The notes beneath the pieces are model-generated. The model saw only the letters and a program-made list of their open reading frames with translations. It had not been told where the DNA came from and searched no databases. Shown here piece by piece: positions 30,679 through 38,760 of a DNA stretch of 64,000 nucleotides. Both the position numbers and the translations under genes were made by a program. Origin of the DNA: Flavobacteriales bacterium. GTDB taxonomy: Bacteria; Bacteroidota; Bacteroidia; Flavobacteriales; Flavobacteriaceae. The stretch's first letter is position 1; every line of letters starts with the position of its first letter. Location: the NCBI GenBank assembly GCA_004214185.1, contig SGZG01000002.1, positions 16,948 through 80,947 of the forward strand, written 5' to 3'.

Positions 30679-31170
30679 ATGGATATTTTTTTGATAATTG
30701 TAGGTTTAATTTTTTGTATTTTAGGAATTATTGGAAGTTTTAGTCCAATAATTCCAGGTCCAATCACAAGCTGGGTTGGATTACTTGTTATCCATTTTTC
30801 CAGTATTGTTCCATTTAATATACAATTTCTTCTAATTACATTTTTGGTGGCTGTATCAATATTTATTATTGATCTTCTGATTCCAATAATTGGTTTAAAA
30901 AAATTTGGTGGAACCAGAAAAGGTTTAATTGGAGCAACTGTTGGTTTATTAATAGGACTTTTTTTAGCCGGCCCTATTGGACTGATCGGAGGATCATTTT
31001 TGGGTGCTTTGTCTGGTGAGTACACCAGTAATAAGAGTTTAAAAAAGTCTTTGAAACCTGCAATTGGTACATTTATAGGAATAATTTCAGGAACTATTAT
31101 AAAATTTTTAGTAGCTACCTTATTTTTAGTACTATACTTCTATTTAGTTTACACTAACTTATTTTCTTAA
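30679..31170 (+). CDS. DUF456-family membrane protein
   Basis: 163 aa, four Gly/Ile-rich TM helices (GIIGSFSPIIPGP..., KKFGGTRKG...). The pattern is recalled from the DUF456 family. Confidence 0.65.
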   Translation: MDIFLIIVGLIFCILGIIGSFSPIIPGPITSWVGLLVIHFSSIVPFNIQFLLITFLVAVSIFIIDLLIPIIGLKKFGGTRKGLIGATVGLLIGLFLAGPIGLIGGSFLGALSGEYTSNKSLKKSLKPAIGTFIGIISGTIIKFLVATLFLVLYFYLVYTNLFS

Positions 31171-33287
31171 TAATAAATTGACCTATTATCCTCAATTTCA
31201 GCTGTTTCTTTTAGAGATTCAAATATTTTGAAAGAAATATTAGCTCTATTTGAAAGTTGCAATTGATTTCTAAAAGAATTAACAAAATTAAAAGACTCAT
31301 CATTAAGCTCAGTGAGATATTTTTTTGTTACTCTTAGTTTGTAAATACCATTATCACCAATTATATAGTCTGAGGAATTGTTTTCGTTAATAGAAAAGGA
31401 AGTTCCAATAATCAAAGGCTCAATACCTGCATCAGAAACTGTTGCATTTTTTTGGTTTAATGCTAAAGCTTTTTTAACGACTGTATTGTTTTGATTAGCA
31501 AGTTGCTCAATGGAATTAGAGAAATTATTATTTCCGATAATGTAATCTGCTTTTTTTGATTTAATTACTTCAGGAAGTACTCTAAATGAAACATCGTCTG
31601 GGGAAGGAATTCCTTCATCTGTTATCTTTGTTACCTGAGCAATTAAATATCCTCCCTTTGAAACATCGAATCTTTTAGAATCTAATAATTTCGTTTCATC
31701 TGAGAATAGCCATTGTACGACTCTTCTTTGGTCTTGTAATCCTGGGAAGTCATTATCTAAAATTTTAATTCCATTAACTACATTAATATCATAATCAGAC
31801 TCATTTGCAAGGGTACTAAAATCGAAATCTTTAGATAAGCTCATTTCAAATTTTGTTGCTAAATTGAAAACCTTATCACTTGTTTCATCAGATGGTACAT
31901 TTTTTTCTGCAATGGATGCAAGTAAAACAACATCATCCTTGGCAACAACTTTTATCACGTGAAAACCATAATCAGTTTCAACTATTCCTGTAGAACCTAC
32001 TTTTTTTGAGAAAACAAAATCATTGAAAGGTTTTAACATTGTCCCCTCTTGAAAAAACCCTAGATCACCACCTCTGTTTTTTGAAGGACCGTCTGAAAAC
32101 TCAAAAGCCAGCTCAGAAAATTTGTTTGGTGAGTTTCTTACTCTTCTAAGTAAATTATTTGCTTCTTTCTTAGCATCAGATTTTGTCCTTGTAACAGATG
32201 GATTAGCATTTAAAGCACCTGAATATGATAAAAGAATGTGACTTGCTCTTACAGATCCATCAATCTTTTTATCAATCATCTTTGATATCTTATAAAATTC
32301 TCCATCTAGATAAGGGCCATAAGTTTGATTTTTATTTAAGTTAAAAAGCATATTAGCATGCTCAGTTGGTAGGGACCCTTTTGGCACATAAACTGAATCA
32401 AAACTAATCTCAGAATATTCATTTACAAATTCTCTAATATTTGTAGTACTTAACAAACTTGGGTATGTCTCTTCTAACTTTGAAACCTCATTGAATTCAA
32501 CTCTTTCGTTTAATAAACTGGACAGACGATCTTTTATACCATTTTCATCATCCAAAGAAGGTTTCTCTTCAAACAGAACGTATTGAATATCTCTGGTGGC
32601 ATCCACTTTAAAATCATCCTCATTATCGTTTATGTATTTTTTTAAATCTGATTTTTTGTAAGTGATTAATGAATCATTAACTGAATTGAAAGGTATTTGA
32701 ATATAATCAATATCAACCTTATCAGTTTGTAAAGAATACTCTATTTTTCCGTCAAGTTGTGTATAATTTATTCCAGATTGAATTAAATTAAGGTATATTT
32801 CTTCATTGGACTGAAGCTCAAATATAGATTCCTGATCTTTCCATTGTTCGTATGCTTCTGGATTAGTAGTTCTTAACTCATATATAAGATCTCTGAACAA
32901 ATCAATATCAAATACACCTGCATCATTTATAAATCTTTGATCTGAGCTAAAGCTTGGATTGTTTTTTAAAAGATTCTGAATGTGATCTTTTCCAGATTGT
33001 ATTCCAGTAATAGTAAATTGCTGTTTTAGTAGTTCTGATCTTAATGTTTGGTTCCAAACATTGTTTACAGCTATCATTCCATTTTGGTTGTAATTTCTTT
33101 CAAAAAAGTCAACTTGGGATCTAAAGTCTTCGATCATAACTTCTTCACCATTAATAATTCCAACTGGCTCCTGAGCTTGATATCCTTTACCATCAAAAAC
33201 ACCAGAAATTACAAATGCAAAAAGTGCTAAACCAATTACAATTATTAAAAAGATAGATTTAGATCTAATTTGTCCTAAAATTGCCAT
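31167..33287 (-). CDS. ppiD: periplasmic chaperone / peptidyl-prolyl isomerase PpiD-like
   Basis: 706 aa. N-terminal TM anchor, SurA-N-like region, and a parvulin domain (VRASHILL..., GGDLGFFQEGTMLKPF, GFHVIKV). Confidence 0.8.
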   Translation of the reverse strand: MAILGQIRSKSIFLIIVIGLALFAFVISGVFDGKGYQAQEPVGIINGEEVMIEDFRSQVDFFERNYNQNGMIAVNNVWNQTLRSELLKQQFTITGIQSGKDHIQNLLKNNPSFSSDQRFINDAGVFDIDLFRDLIYELRTTNPEAYEQWKDQESIFELQSNEEIYLNLIQSGINYTQLDGKIEYSLQTDKVDIDYIQIPFNSVNDSLITYKKSDLKKYINDNEDDFKVDATRDIQYVLFEEKPSLDDENGIKDRLSSLLNERVEFNEVSKLEETYPSLLSTTNIREFVNEYSEISFDSVYVPKGSLPTEHANMLFNLNKNQTYGPYLDGEFYKISKMIDKKIDGSVRASHILLSYSGALNANPSVTRTKSDAKKEANNLLRRVRNSPNKFSELAFEFSDGPSKNRGGDLGFFQEGTMLKPFNDFVFSKKVGSTGIVETDYGFHVIKVVAKDDVVLLASIAEKNVPSDETSDKVFNLATKFEMSLSKDFDFSTLANESDYDINVVNGIKILDNDFPGLQDQRRVVQWLFSDETKLLDSKRFDVSKGGYLIAQVTKITDEGIPSPDDVSFRVLPEVIKSKKADYIIGNNNFSNSIEQLANQNNTVVKKALALNQKNATVSDAGIEPLIIGTSFSINENNSSDYIIGDNGIYKLRVTKKYLTELNDESFNFVNSFRNQLQLSNRANISFKIFESLKETAEIEDNRSIYY

Positions 33288-33367
33288 AATATATTTTTAA
33301 TAACAAACGAAAATACAATATCATTTCGAATAAAAAAAAGTTAAACTCTTTAATGTTGATTATATTT

Positions 33368-34414
33368 TTATGGATTTGAAAGAACAATTTTTTTATCAAA
33401 ATTTTGTGGGTCATGTTCATCTTCAATCTCTCCAATTAATTCCTCTACAATATCTTCAATGGTTATCAGACCTGCACAACCTCCATACTCATCAACCACG
33501 ACGGCAATTCCTTTTTTTTTCTTTGTTAATAGGTTTAGCAAATCGTTTATAAACATTGATTCAGGGACAAATTCAATTGGCATTAAAATAGATTTAAAAT
33601 TTTTATGATTGCTAAAAAATCTTTGTATGCTTATGTAACCAATTATGTTATCAATATTTTCCTTGTGTATCAAAATTTTTGAAAGACCTGTTTTAATAAA
33701 TATTTCTTTTAGTTCATTTGTTTTAATGTATCTGTCAACAGAAACAATATCGTTTCTGTGGATCATAATTTCCCTTGCCCGAACATTCGAAAATTTCAAT
33801 GCATTTTTAAAAATTTTGATTTCAGTGTCAATTGAATGATCATTATTATCTCCAATTTCTTGATCAATATAATCACCTAACTCATCTTTACTAAAAAACA
33901 TTTTCATCTCATCTTTTTTAGTTTTAAAGTATTTGCTTAAAACACTATTTGAAATCCAGTTCAAAAAAGATGTTATGGGTGTTAACAAAATATAAAAAAA
34001 ATATGTTGGGAATGAGAAAAACTTAAATAGTTTATTAGCATACATTTGAAATAAAACTTTAGGTAGAAATTCAGAGGCAATTAATATTAAAAATGTAGAA
34101 ATTAAAGTCTGATAAAAAATGTACTCTAAGTTTAAGTTTTCTAATCCCAATAAATTTGGAAAAAAAAGTTCAATAATTAATCGCCCTGTATATATACTGT
34201 ATACAACAAGAGAAAGAGTATTTCCAAGAAGCATTGTGGCAATAAACTTTGAGGGATTATTGGTTATTTTTTTTATAAAATACGAATTTATACCCTTTTG
34301 TTTTTTTTCAATTTCAACAAATATTTTATTGGTGGAAACATAAGCTATTTCCATTCCAGAAAAAAAAGATGAGAATAAAATGGAAATTAAAATAATAATA
34401 ATTTGACTCTCCAT
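33368..34414 (-). CDS. DUF21 + CBS-pair membrane protein (CorC/HlyC-family, lacking the C-terminal CorC_HlyC domain)
   Basis: 348 aa. Four N-terminal TM helices (DUF21) and two CBS repeats ending ...LITIEDIVEELIGEIEDEHD. The ORF stops 13 aa later. Confidence 0.8.
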   Translation of the reverse strand: MESQIIIILISILFSSFFSGMEIAYVSTNKIFVEIEKKQKGINSYFIKKITNNPSKFIATMLLGNTLSLVVYSIYTGRLIIELFFPNLLGLENLNLEYIFYQTLISTFLILIASEFLPKVLFQMYANKLFKFFSFPTYFFYILLTPITSFLNWISNSVLSKYFKTKKDEMKMFFSKDELGDYIDQEIGDNNDHSIDTEIKIFKNALKFSNVRAREIMIHRNDIVSVDRYIKTNELKEIFIKTGLSKILIHKENIDNIIGYISIQRFFSNHKNFKSILMPIEFVPESMFINDLLNLLTKKKKGIAVVVDEYGGCAGLITIEDIVEELIGEIEDEHDPQNFDKKIVLSNP

Positions 34415-34419
34415 TTTTG

Positions 34420-34605
34420 TTATTTTTTTCTGTTATTGAATTTTATTCTATAATATCTTCTAAATAAAAAGATTCCAAAGGAAATGAAGGCAAAAATTAA
34501 TACAAGATTAGTATCATTACCGGAAAACTCTAAAAAATAATCTGTAAATAAAACCATAGAAATTACTAAGTACACGAATTCAAAAATTTGTATAAGTTTA
34601 TTCAT
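34420..34605 (-). CDS. small two-TM membrane protein (hypothetical)
   Basis: 61 aa counted from the internal ATG, which is 1 nt after the lptC-like stop. Two hydrophobic helices and a basic tail RRYYRIKFNNRKK. Packed inside the operon. Confidence 0.4.
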   Translation of the reverse strand: MNKLIQIFEFVYLVISMVLFTDYFLEFSGNDTNLVLIFAFISFGIFLFRRYYRIKFNNRKK

Positions 34606-34606
34606 A

Positions 34607-35140
34607 TTATTTGTCTTCAAATGTAACATTTCCCTCTAGTTTTCCTGTATTAAACAGACTAAATGATTTATTTGCGTCCAACCTTGACGCTGAAATGTCA
34701 TAATCAATATTTTTGAAATTAAATTTTTTCTCGGTGAATAGCCATTCAAGTTCAGGATCCCAATACAATTGATCTGTTTGCAACTGTGATCCATCGGGAC
34801 CATTTATAACTACATTTCCTTGCATATTAACAATCTTAGTTTGATTGTAGGTTATTGCGTAATCTGATTGAATTATTGTTTTTTGTTTATCATCATCTAA
34901 CAATATTAGCTTTATACCCTCAGGAAATTCAGAATATGGAAACAACTGGTTAGTATAATCTAAGTTTAAATCTGAATAAAGAATAGCTTTTACCATTGCT
35001 GAATCAGTGTAGGTGAGCTTCAAGTTTTTTGTAATGCCAGAGGGAAACTTTCTTTTAAGACTAATATCTTGAATACTTTCAAAATTATTTTCACATGAAA
35101 GTAAGGTAAACAAAATTAAAATCAACAGTGATCGCATCAT
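34607..35140 (-). CDS. lptC: LptC-like LPS export periplasmic protein
   Basis: Start taken at the ATG of an ATGA overlap with the upstream stop (MMRSLLILILFTLLSCEN, a signal/lipobox). OstA-like beta-rich body with GNVVINGPDGSQLQTDQLYWD. The assignment rests partly on recalled flavobacterial synteny. Confidence 0.6.
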   Translation of the reverse strand: MMRSLLILILFTLLSCENNFESIQDISLKRKFPSGITKNLKLTYTDSAMVKAILYSDLNLDYTNQLFPYSEFPEGIKLILLDDDKQKTIIQSDYAITYNQTKIVNMQGNVVINGPDGSQLQTDQLYWDPELEWLFTEKKFNFKNIDYDISASRLDANKSFSLFNTGKLEGNVTFEDK

Positions 35141-36522
35141 TGCAACTGAGGAACAGTGATTGATTTGTTTATCCAACAATTAAATGAAATTGTTTTGCCT
35201 CCCATATCTTCACTGAATATATCTGTTTTTGATGGAGCTCTACCCTCATAACTTTCGACGGTTCTATTGGCTAATTTTTTTATAGATGCATCAACTGAAG
35301 CAGCTTTTTTTGCTTCTTTTAGTGCTAGCCAATAAATTGATCTTTTTTCAAATTGAGTTGAACCACAATTATTAGCACTACTTGCGTAAAGATTAGCTAT
35401 CAAAAGATATGCTCTACCCATTGAAGGCTGAAACTTTAATGCTCTGTTAGCATAACTTCTTGATTTAGAAAATTGACCTGACTTTTTAAATTTTACAGCA
35501 ATTTTATAAAGAGTTTTTGCTTTTTTCAAATTATCAACTTCAAGATCAATAGACTCATTGTAATACTCAATAGCTAATTTAGAATCACCTTTTTTATCAT
35601 TAAGTAGTCCTAAGTAATAAGCAGAATTTGCTGAAGGATTAAGTTCGTGCAAAGCTTCAACTAATTCAACAAATAATGGATCATCTGAGCATTCTTTACT
35701 GTCCATTCTACTTGCAGCTCTGTTTAACCAAACCGCATCATTTTTAAACTGCTCAAAATTCTTTCTGTAAAGTGGAATTAAATTTTCACAACTAGATTCT
35801 TTAGCAACAATTGCATTCAAATTATTCAAATAAGTACTACAGGCAACTAAATTAACTGAATATCTTCTTTTATTTTTAACCTCAGTTCTTGAAAGAGGAG
35901 TTCCGTCATTTTCTTTGTTTAATATCTTATCAAGTTGATTAGTATATATATCCATTTCATATTCAAACTTTTCAGTTAACTCCTCGTATTTATTAAATAA
36001 CTTTTCAAGTGTGACATCACCCTCACCTGACTTGTAAACCTTAAAATAGGTTTTAAAATAATTATATAGTCTTTTAGGTGATTTGAAACTTTTGGGATCA
36101 TTTGTAAATGCTTCATCAAAAATATTTACAATTTCAATATCAGATGCCAAATTGTAATCAATTAATGATTGAGCTTTCATTGAAAGAATTTTTCCAGTTT
36201 CATTTTGCCCTCGTTTTGATTTAGGAAAAAATTTGATCCAGTTATCGTATAAATCAATTAACTCATTTACGTATTTACTCCTCTGATCATCATTAGAATT
36301 TTTAACAAATGAAATTAGCATTTTCTCACCTAAAACATAAATAGCAGAATTAATATCTGGGCAATTAGAATTCAGACTTAACCATGGCTGATAAGCTTCG
36401 TTATAGTTTTTCACCTTAGCATATTCTGCGAAAATTGAAAGATTCGTTAAACATTCTTCTCGATCTTGAGAGTAATGTGTAAGTGAAAATAAAAATGTAG
36501 TAATTATTAAAAAATTCTTCAT
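35137..36522 (-). CDS. TPR-repeat protein (secreted)
   Basis: 461 aa. Signal peptide. Repeated A/Y/L-rich TPR-like helices (e.g. AIEYYNESIDL, AKTLYKIAVKFKKSGQFSKSRSYANRALKFQPSMGRAYLLIANLY). Confidence 0.6.
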   Translation of the reverse strand: MKNFLIITTFLFSLTHYSQDREECLTNLSIFAEYAKVKNYNEAYQPWLSLNSNCPDINSAIYVLGEKMLISFVKNSNDDQRSKYVNELIDLYDNWIKFFPKSKRGQNETGKILSMKAQSLIDYNLASDIEIVNIFDEAFTNDPKSFKSPKRLYNYFKTYFKVYKSGEGDVTLEKLFNKYEELTEKFEYEMDIYTNQLDKILNKENDGTPLSRTEVKNKRRYSVNLVACSTYLNNLNAIVAKESSCENLIPLYRKNFEQFKNDAVWLNRAASRMDSKECSDDPLFVELVEALHELNPSANSAYYLGLLNDKKGDSKLAIEYYNESIDLEVDNLKKAKTLYKIAVKFKKSGQFSKSRSYANRALKFQPSMGRAYLLIANLYASSANNCGSTQFEKRSIYWLALKEAKKAASVDASIKKLANRTVESYEGRAPSKTDIFSEDMGGKTISFNCWINKSITVPQLQ

Positions 36523-36569
36523 TATAATTCAATCATATTTAAAATTAGTCAAAAACGATGCCCAATTTA

Positions 36570-37826
36570 TTAATTATACTTGTTTTTGACAAACCATAAG
36601 TCACTAAGTGACATTCCTAACCTCACACTAAAAAAGTTTTCTTCAAGCAAACCTTCATTTTGAGATCCTCTTTTACCAATTTCAAAACCTAAGTTTACGT
36701 TTGAAAAACCCTGAAAAGGCAAACCTAAACCAAAATTAAAACCAATCTCATCAATGGATTGATCCTGAATATACAGACCTGTTTTTTCGATCCTAATTCC
36801 CAACCTGTAAACAATTGTGTTAAAATAATTAGTAAAGGAGTCAAACTCGGGAATATAAAATCCCCCTATTGATATTCGAGAACCATTTTTGTAATCAACA
36901 TTATTTAAATTAAAAAGCTGATTTTTCAATCCTCCACCATTAGATTTCATATACTCAGCTCCAAAAAACCACTTAGTGTCTTGTCCAATACCTAATCCAA
37001 AAGTTTGTTTTTGTGTTACCGTAATTTCAGTTTTTTCTAAATCTAACGAAGCTAAGTCTACAGAAATTTGATCTAAAGTACTGTTGGCTGAGGTTGAAAA
37101 TGTCGATATTGTTTGTGTATTATTGGATCCTAACTTAAATTCTGGGCTTTGAATAAAGCTTGCATGTAGTGTAAGTTTATTGGAAATTTTTTCCCTTAAC
37201 AATAAAGAATAAACAAAATTAATACCACTTAATGAGGAATTACTTTCTATTCTGGAGGCTTTCTCTATGTTTTCCAAAAACCTAGTGGTAGAGTGTCTAA
37301 GATTTCCAAATTCATAATTTGCAGTAACACCAAGTCCAATTTTTTTAAAAATTTTAAATCCCAAAGTTAAAAAAGCAGTATTTAAACCTCCCTCTCCGTT
37401 GTATCTATCAATAGTATTTGGAATGGATTCTTTATCACTACTTTCTAATAAGTAACCAACTGAAGTTTGTGGAATTATTCCAAAACCAAAAGTGAACTTA
37501 TTTGTGGGAATTCCTACAGCCAAATAATTTACATTTGCACTAGTTGAAGTCTCGTTTGCTAAGTCAGATTTTAAAGAAGTACTATCATATGTGATTCCAA
37601 GTGAGTAATTAGTTCTTCTTAACTGAGAGTAGGAAGCTGGGTTTGTTAAATTTAAATGTATACTATCTGTATACAAACTCAATCCGCCCATTGATCTATT
37701 ATCAATTGACCCTTTAAATGTATTAATACCAACTCCGTAAAAAGAATATGGAGAAGATGTGCCAGATTGAGAAAAACCTAAAAAACAAAAAGTGAATAAA
37801 ATTAGACTTAAGAAATATTTTTTCAT
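36570..37826 (-). CDS. putative outer-membrane beta-barrel protein
   Basis: 418 aa. Signal peptide ending GFSQS, then SPYSFYGVG. Alternating amphipathic strands rich in G/S/N/Y/F throughout. Family not identified. Confidence 0.45.
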   Translation of the reverse strand: MKKYFLSLILFTFCFLGFSQSGTSSPYSFYGVGINTFKGSIDNRSMGGLSLYTDSIHLNLTNPASYSQLRRTNYSLGITYDSTSLKSDLANETSTSANVNYLAVGIPTNKFTFGFGIIPQTSVGYLLESSDKESIPNTIDRYNGEGGLNTAFLTLGFKIFKKIGLGVTANYEFGNLRHSTTRFLENIEKASRIESNSSLSGINFVYSLLLREKISNKLTLHASFIQSPEFKLGSNNTQTISTFSTSANSTLDQISVDLASLDLEKTEITVTQKQTFGLGIGQDTKWFFGAEYMKSNGGGLKNQLFNLNNVDYKNGSRISIGGFYIPEFDSFTNYFNTIVYRLGIRIEKTGLYIQDQSIDEIGFNFGLGLPFQGFSNVNLGFEIGKRGSQNEGLLEENFFSVRLGMSLSDLWFVKNKYN

Positions 37827-38548
37827 TTTTCAATGTTAGCTTCCAAAAGATAATTTAATCCTTTAGTAAGAAAATTTTGATCAGCAAATATGGTATTTTT
37901 TATTCTCTTGAGCAAAAATTTAGAATCCCCACCTGTTAAAATTATCCTAATATTTTTGAATTTGTCACAATATTGCTGAATGATTCCATCAATCTCCATT
38001 GTGGTCCCATTTACAACACCAGATATCAAAGATTCTTTTGTATTATTTCCAATTAATTCGAAATCATCAAAAACATCAATTAAAGGTAACTTTGAAGTAA
38101 ACAAATTCAATGACTTAAATCTCATTTTTATACCAGGAGATATACCCCCTCCAATATATTCATTATTATGATTTTTAAAATCATAAGTTATACAAGTTCC
38201 TGCATCTATTATTAATACATTTTCATCAGGAAATTGATATGATGCTGATGAAACCAATGCGATTCTATCTTGACCCAAGGTTTCTTTAGATGAATAAGTA
38301 TTTTTAAAAGGTAATTTTAAAATATTCTTGAGTAGAACAAGATCAGTATTATCATTTAAAACACTAATTAATTCATCATTTATTTCACCAACGTTACTTA
38401 CGATTGAATTTTCAACTGGATTTTTTGACAGTATATTTTTAATATTATCAAGGTAATTATCAAGCAGATAAGACTTCTCAATCAAATTATTTTTTTCAAA
38501 TAATGCAATTTTTAAACAAGTGTTTCCTATATCAACAATTAAATTCAA
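37823..38548 (-). CDS. coaX: type III pantothenate kinase
   Basis: 241 aa. N-terminal LIVDIGNTCLKIALF, then LIIDAGTCITYD and ILTGGDS. Start codon must be TTG, because a stop lies 7 codons upstream and the first ATG falls after the DIGNT motif. Confidence 0.85.
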   Translation of the reverse strand: MNLIVDIGNTCLKIALFEKNNLIEKSYLLDNYLDNIKNILSKNPVENSIVSNVGEINDELISVLNDNTDLVLLKNILKLPFKNTYSSKETLGQDRIALVSSASYQFPDENVLIIDAGTCITYDFKNHNNEYIGGGISPGIKMRFKSLNLFTSKLPLIDVFDDFELIGNNTKESLISGVVNGTTMEIDGIIQQYCDKFKNIRIILTGGDSKFLLKRIKNTIFADQNFLTKGLNYLLEANIEK

Positions 38549-38597
38549 TATTATTCTAATTTGAGTTTAAAAATAAAGAAGATTTTTTAAATGATTT

Positions 38598-38628
38598 TTT
38601 GGTTGTCTAATAAAAGGATATATATTTG
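38598..38628 (+). promoter_or_regulatory. Bacteroidetes-type promoter for tRNA-Phe (-33 TTTG, 19-nt spacer, -7 TATATTTG)
   Basis: TTTG at 38598-38601 and TATATTTG at 38621-38628, the spacing expected for the Bacteroidetes sigma-A consensus. The tRNA starts 19 nt downstream. Confidence 0.55.
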
Positions 38629-38647
38629 CTCTTGCAAAAAAAGCTAT

Positions 38648-38720
38648 GGTACCTTAGCTCAGTTGGTAGAGCAAAGGACTGAAAATCCTTGTGTCCCTGG
38701 TTCGATTCCTGGAGGTACCA
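38648..38720 (+). tRNA. tRNA-Phe (anticodon GAA)
   Basis: Hand-folded. Acceptor GGTACCT/AGGTACC plus A, D-arm GCTC-AGTTGGTA-GAGC, anticodon stem AAGGA/TCCTT with loop CTGAAAA, T-loop TTCGATT. The T-stem CCTGG/CCTGG has a central U-U mismatch. No encoded CCA. Confidence 0.93.
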
Positions 38721-38721
38721 C

Positions 38722-38750
38722 AAAAGTCTCTAACTACTAGAGACTTTTTG
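38722..38750 (+). terminator. rho-independent terminator after tRNA-Phe
   Basis: AAAAGTCTCT-AACTACT-AGAGACTTTTT hairpin (7 GC/AT pairs plus A-T extension) followed by TTTTTGCTTTTTT. It ends 11 nt before the convergent gene's stop. Confidence 0.75.
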
Positions 38751-38760
38751 CTTTTTTGAA

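Noticed and set aside
30636-31025. 129-aa Pro/Ile/Lys-rich ORF on the minus strand
   Set aside because: It is entirely antisense to the DUF456 membrane-protein gene. Its composition is the mirror image of Gly/Ile-rich TM codons. No start context or family support.
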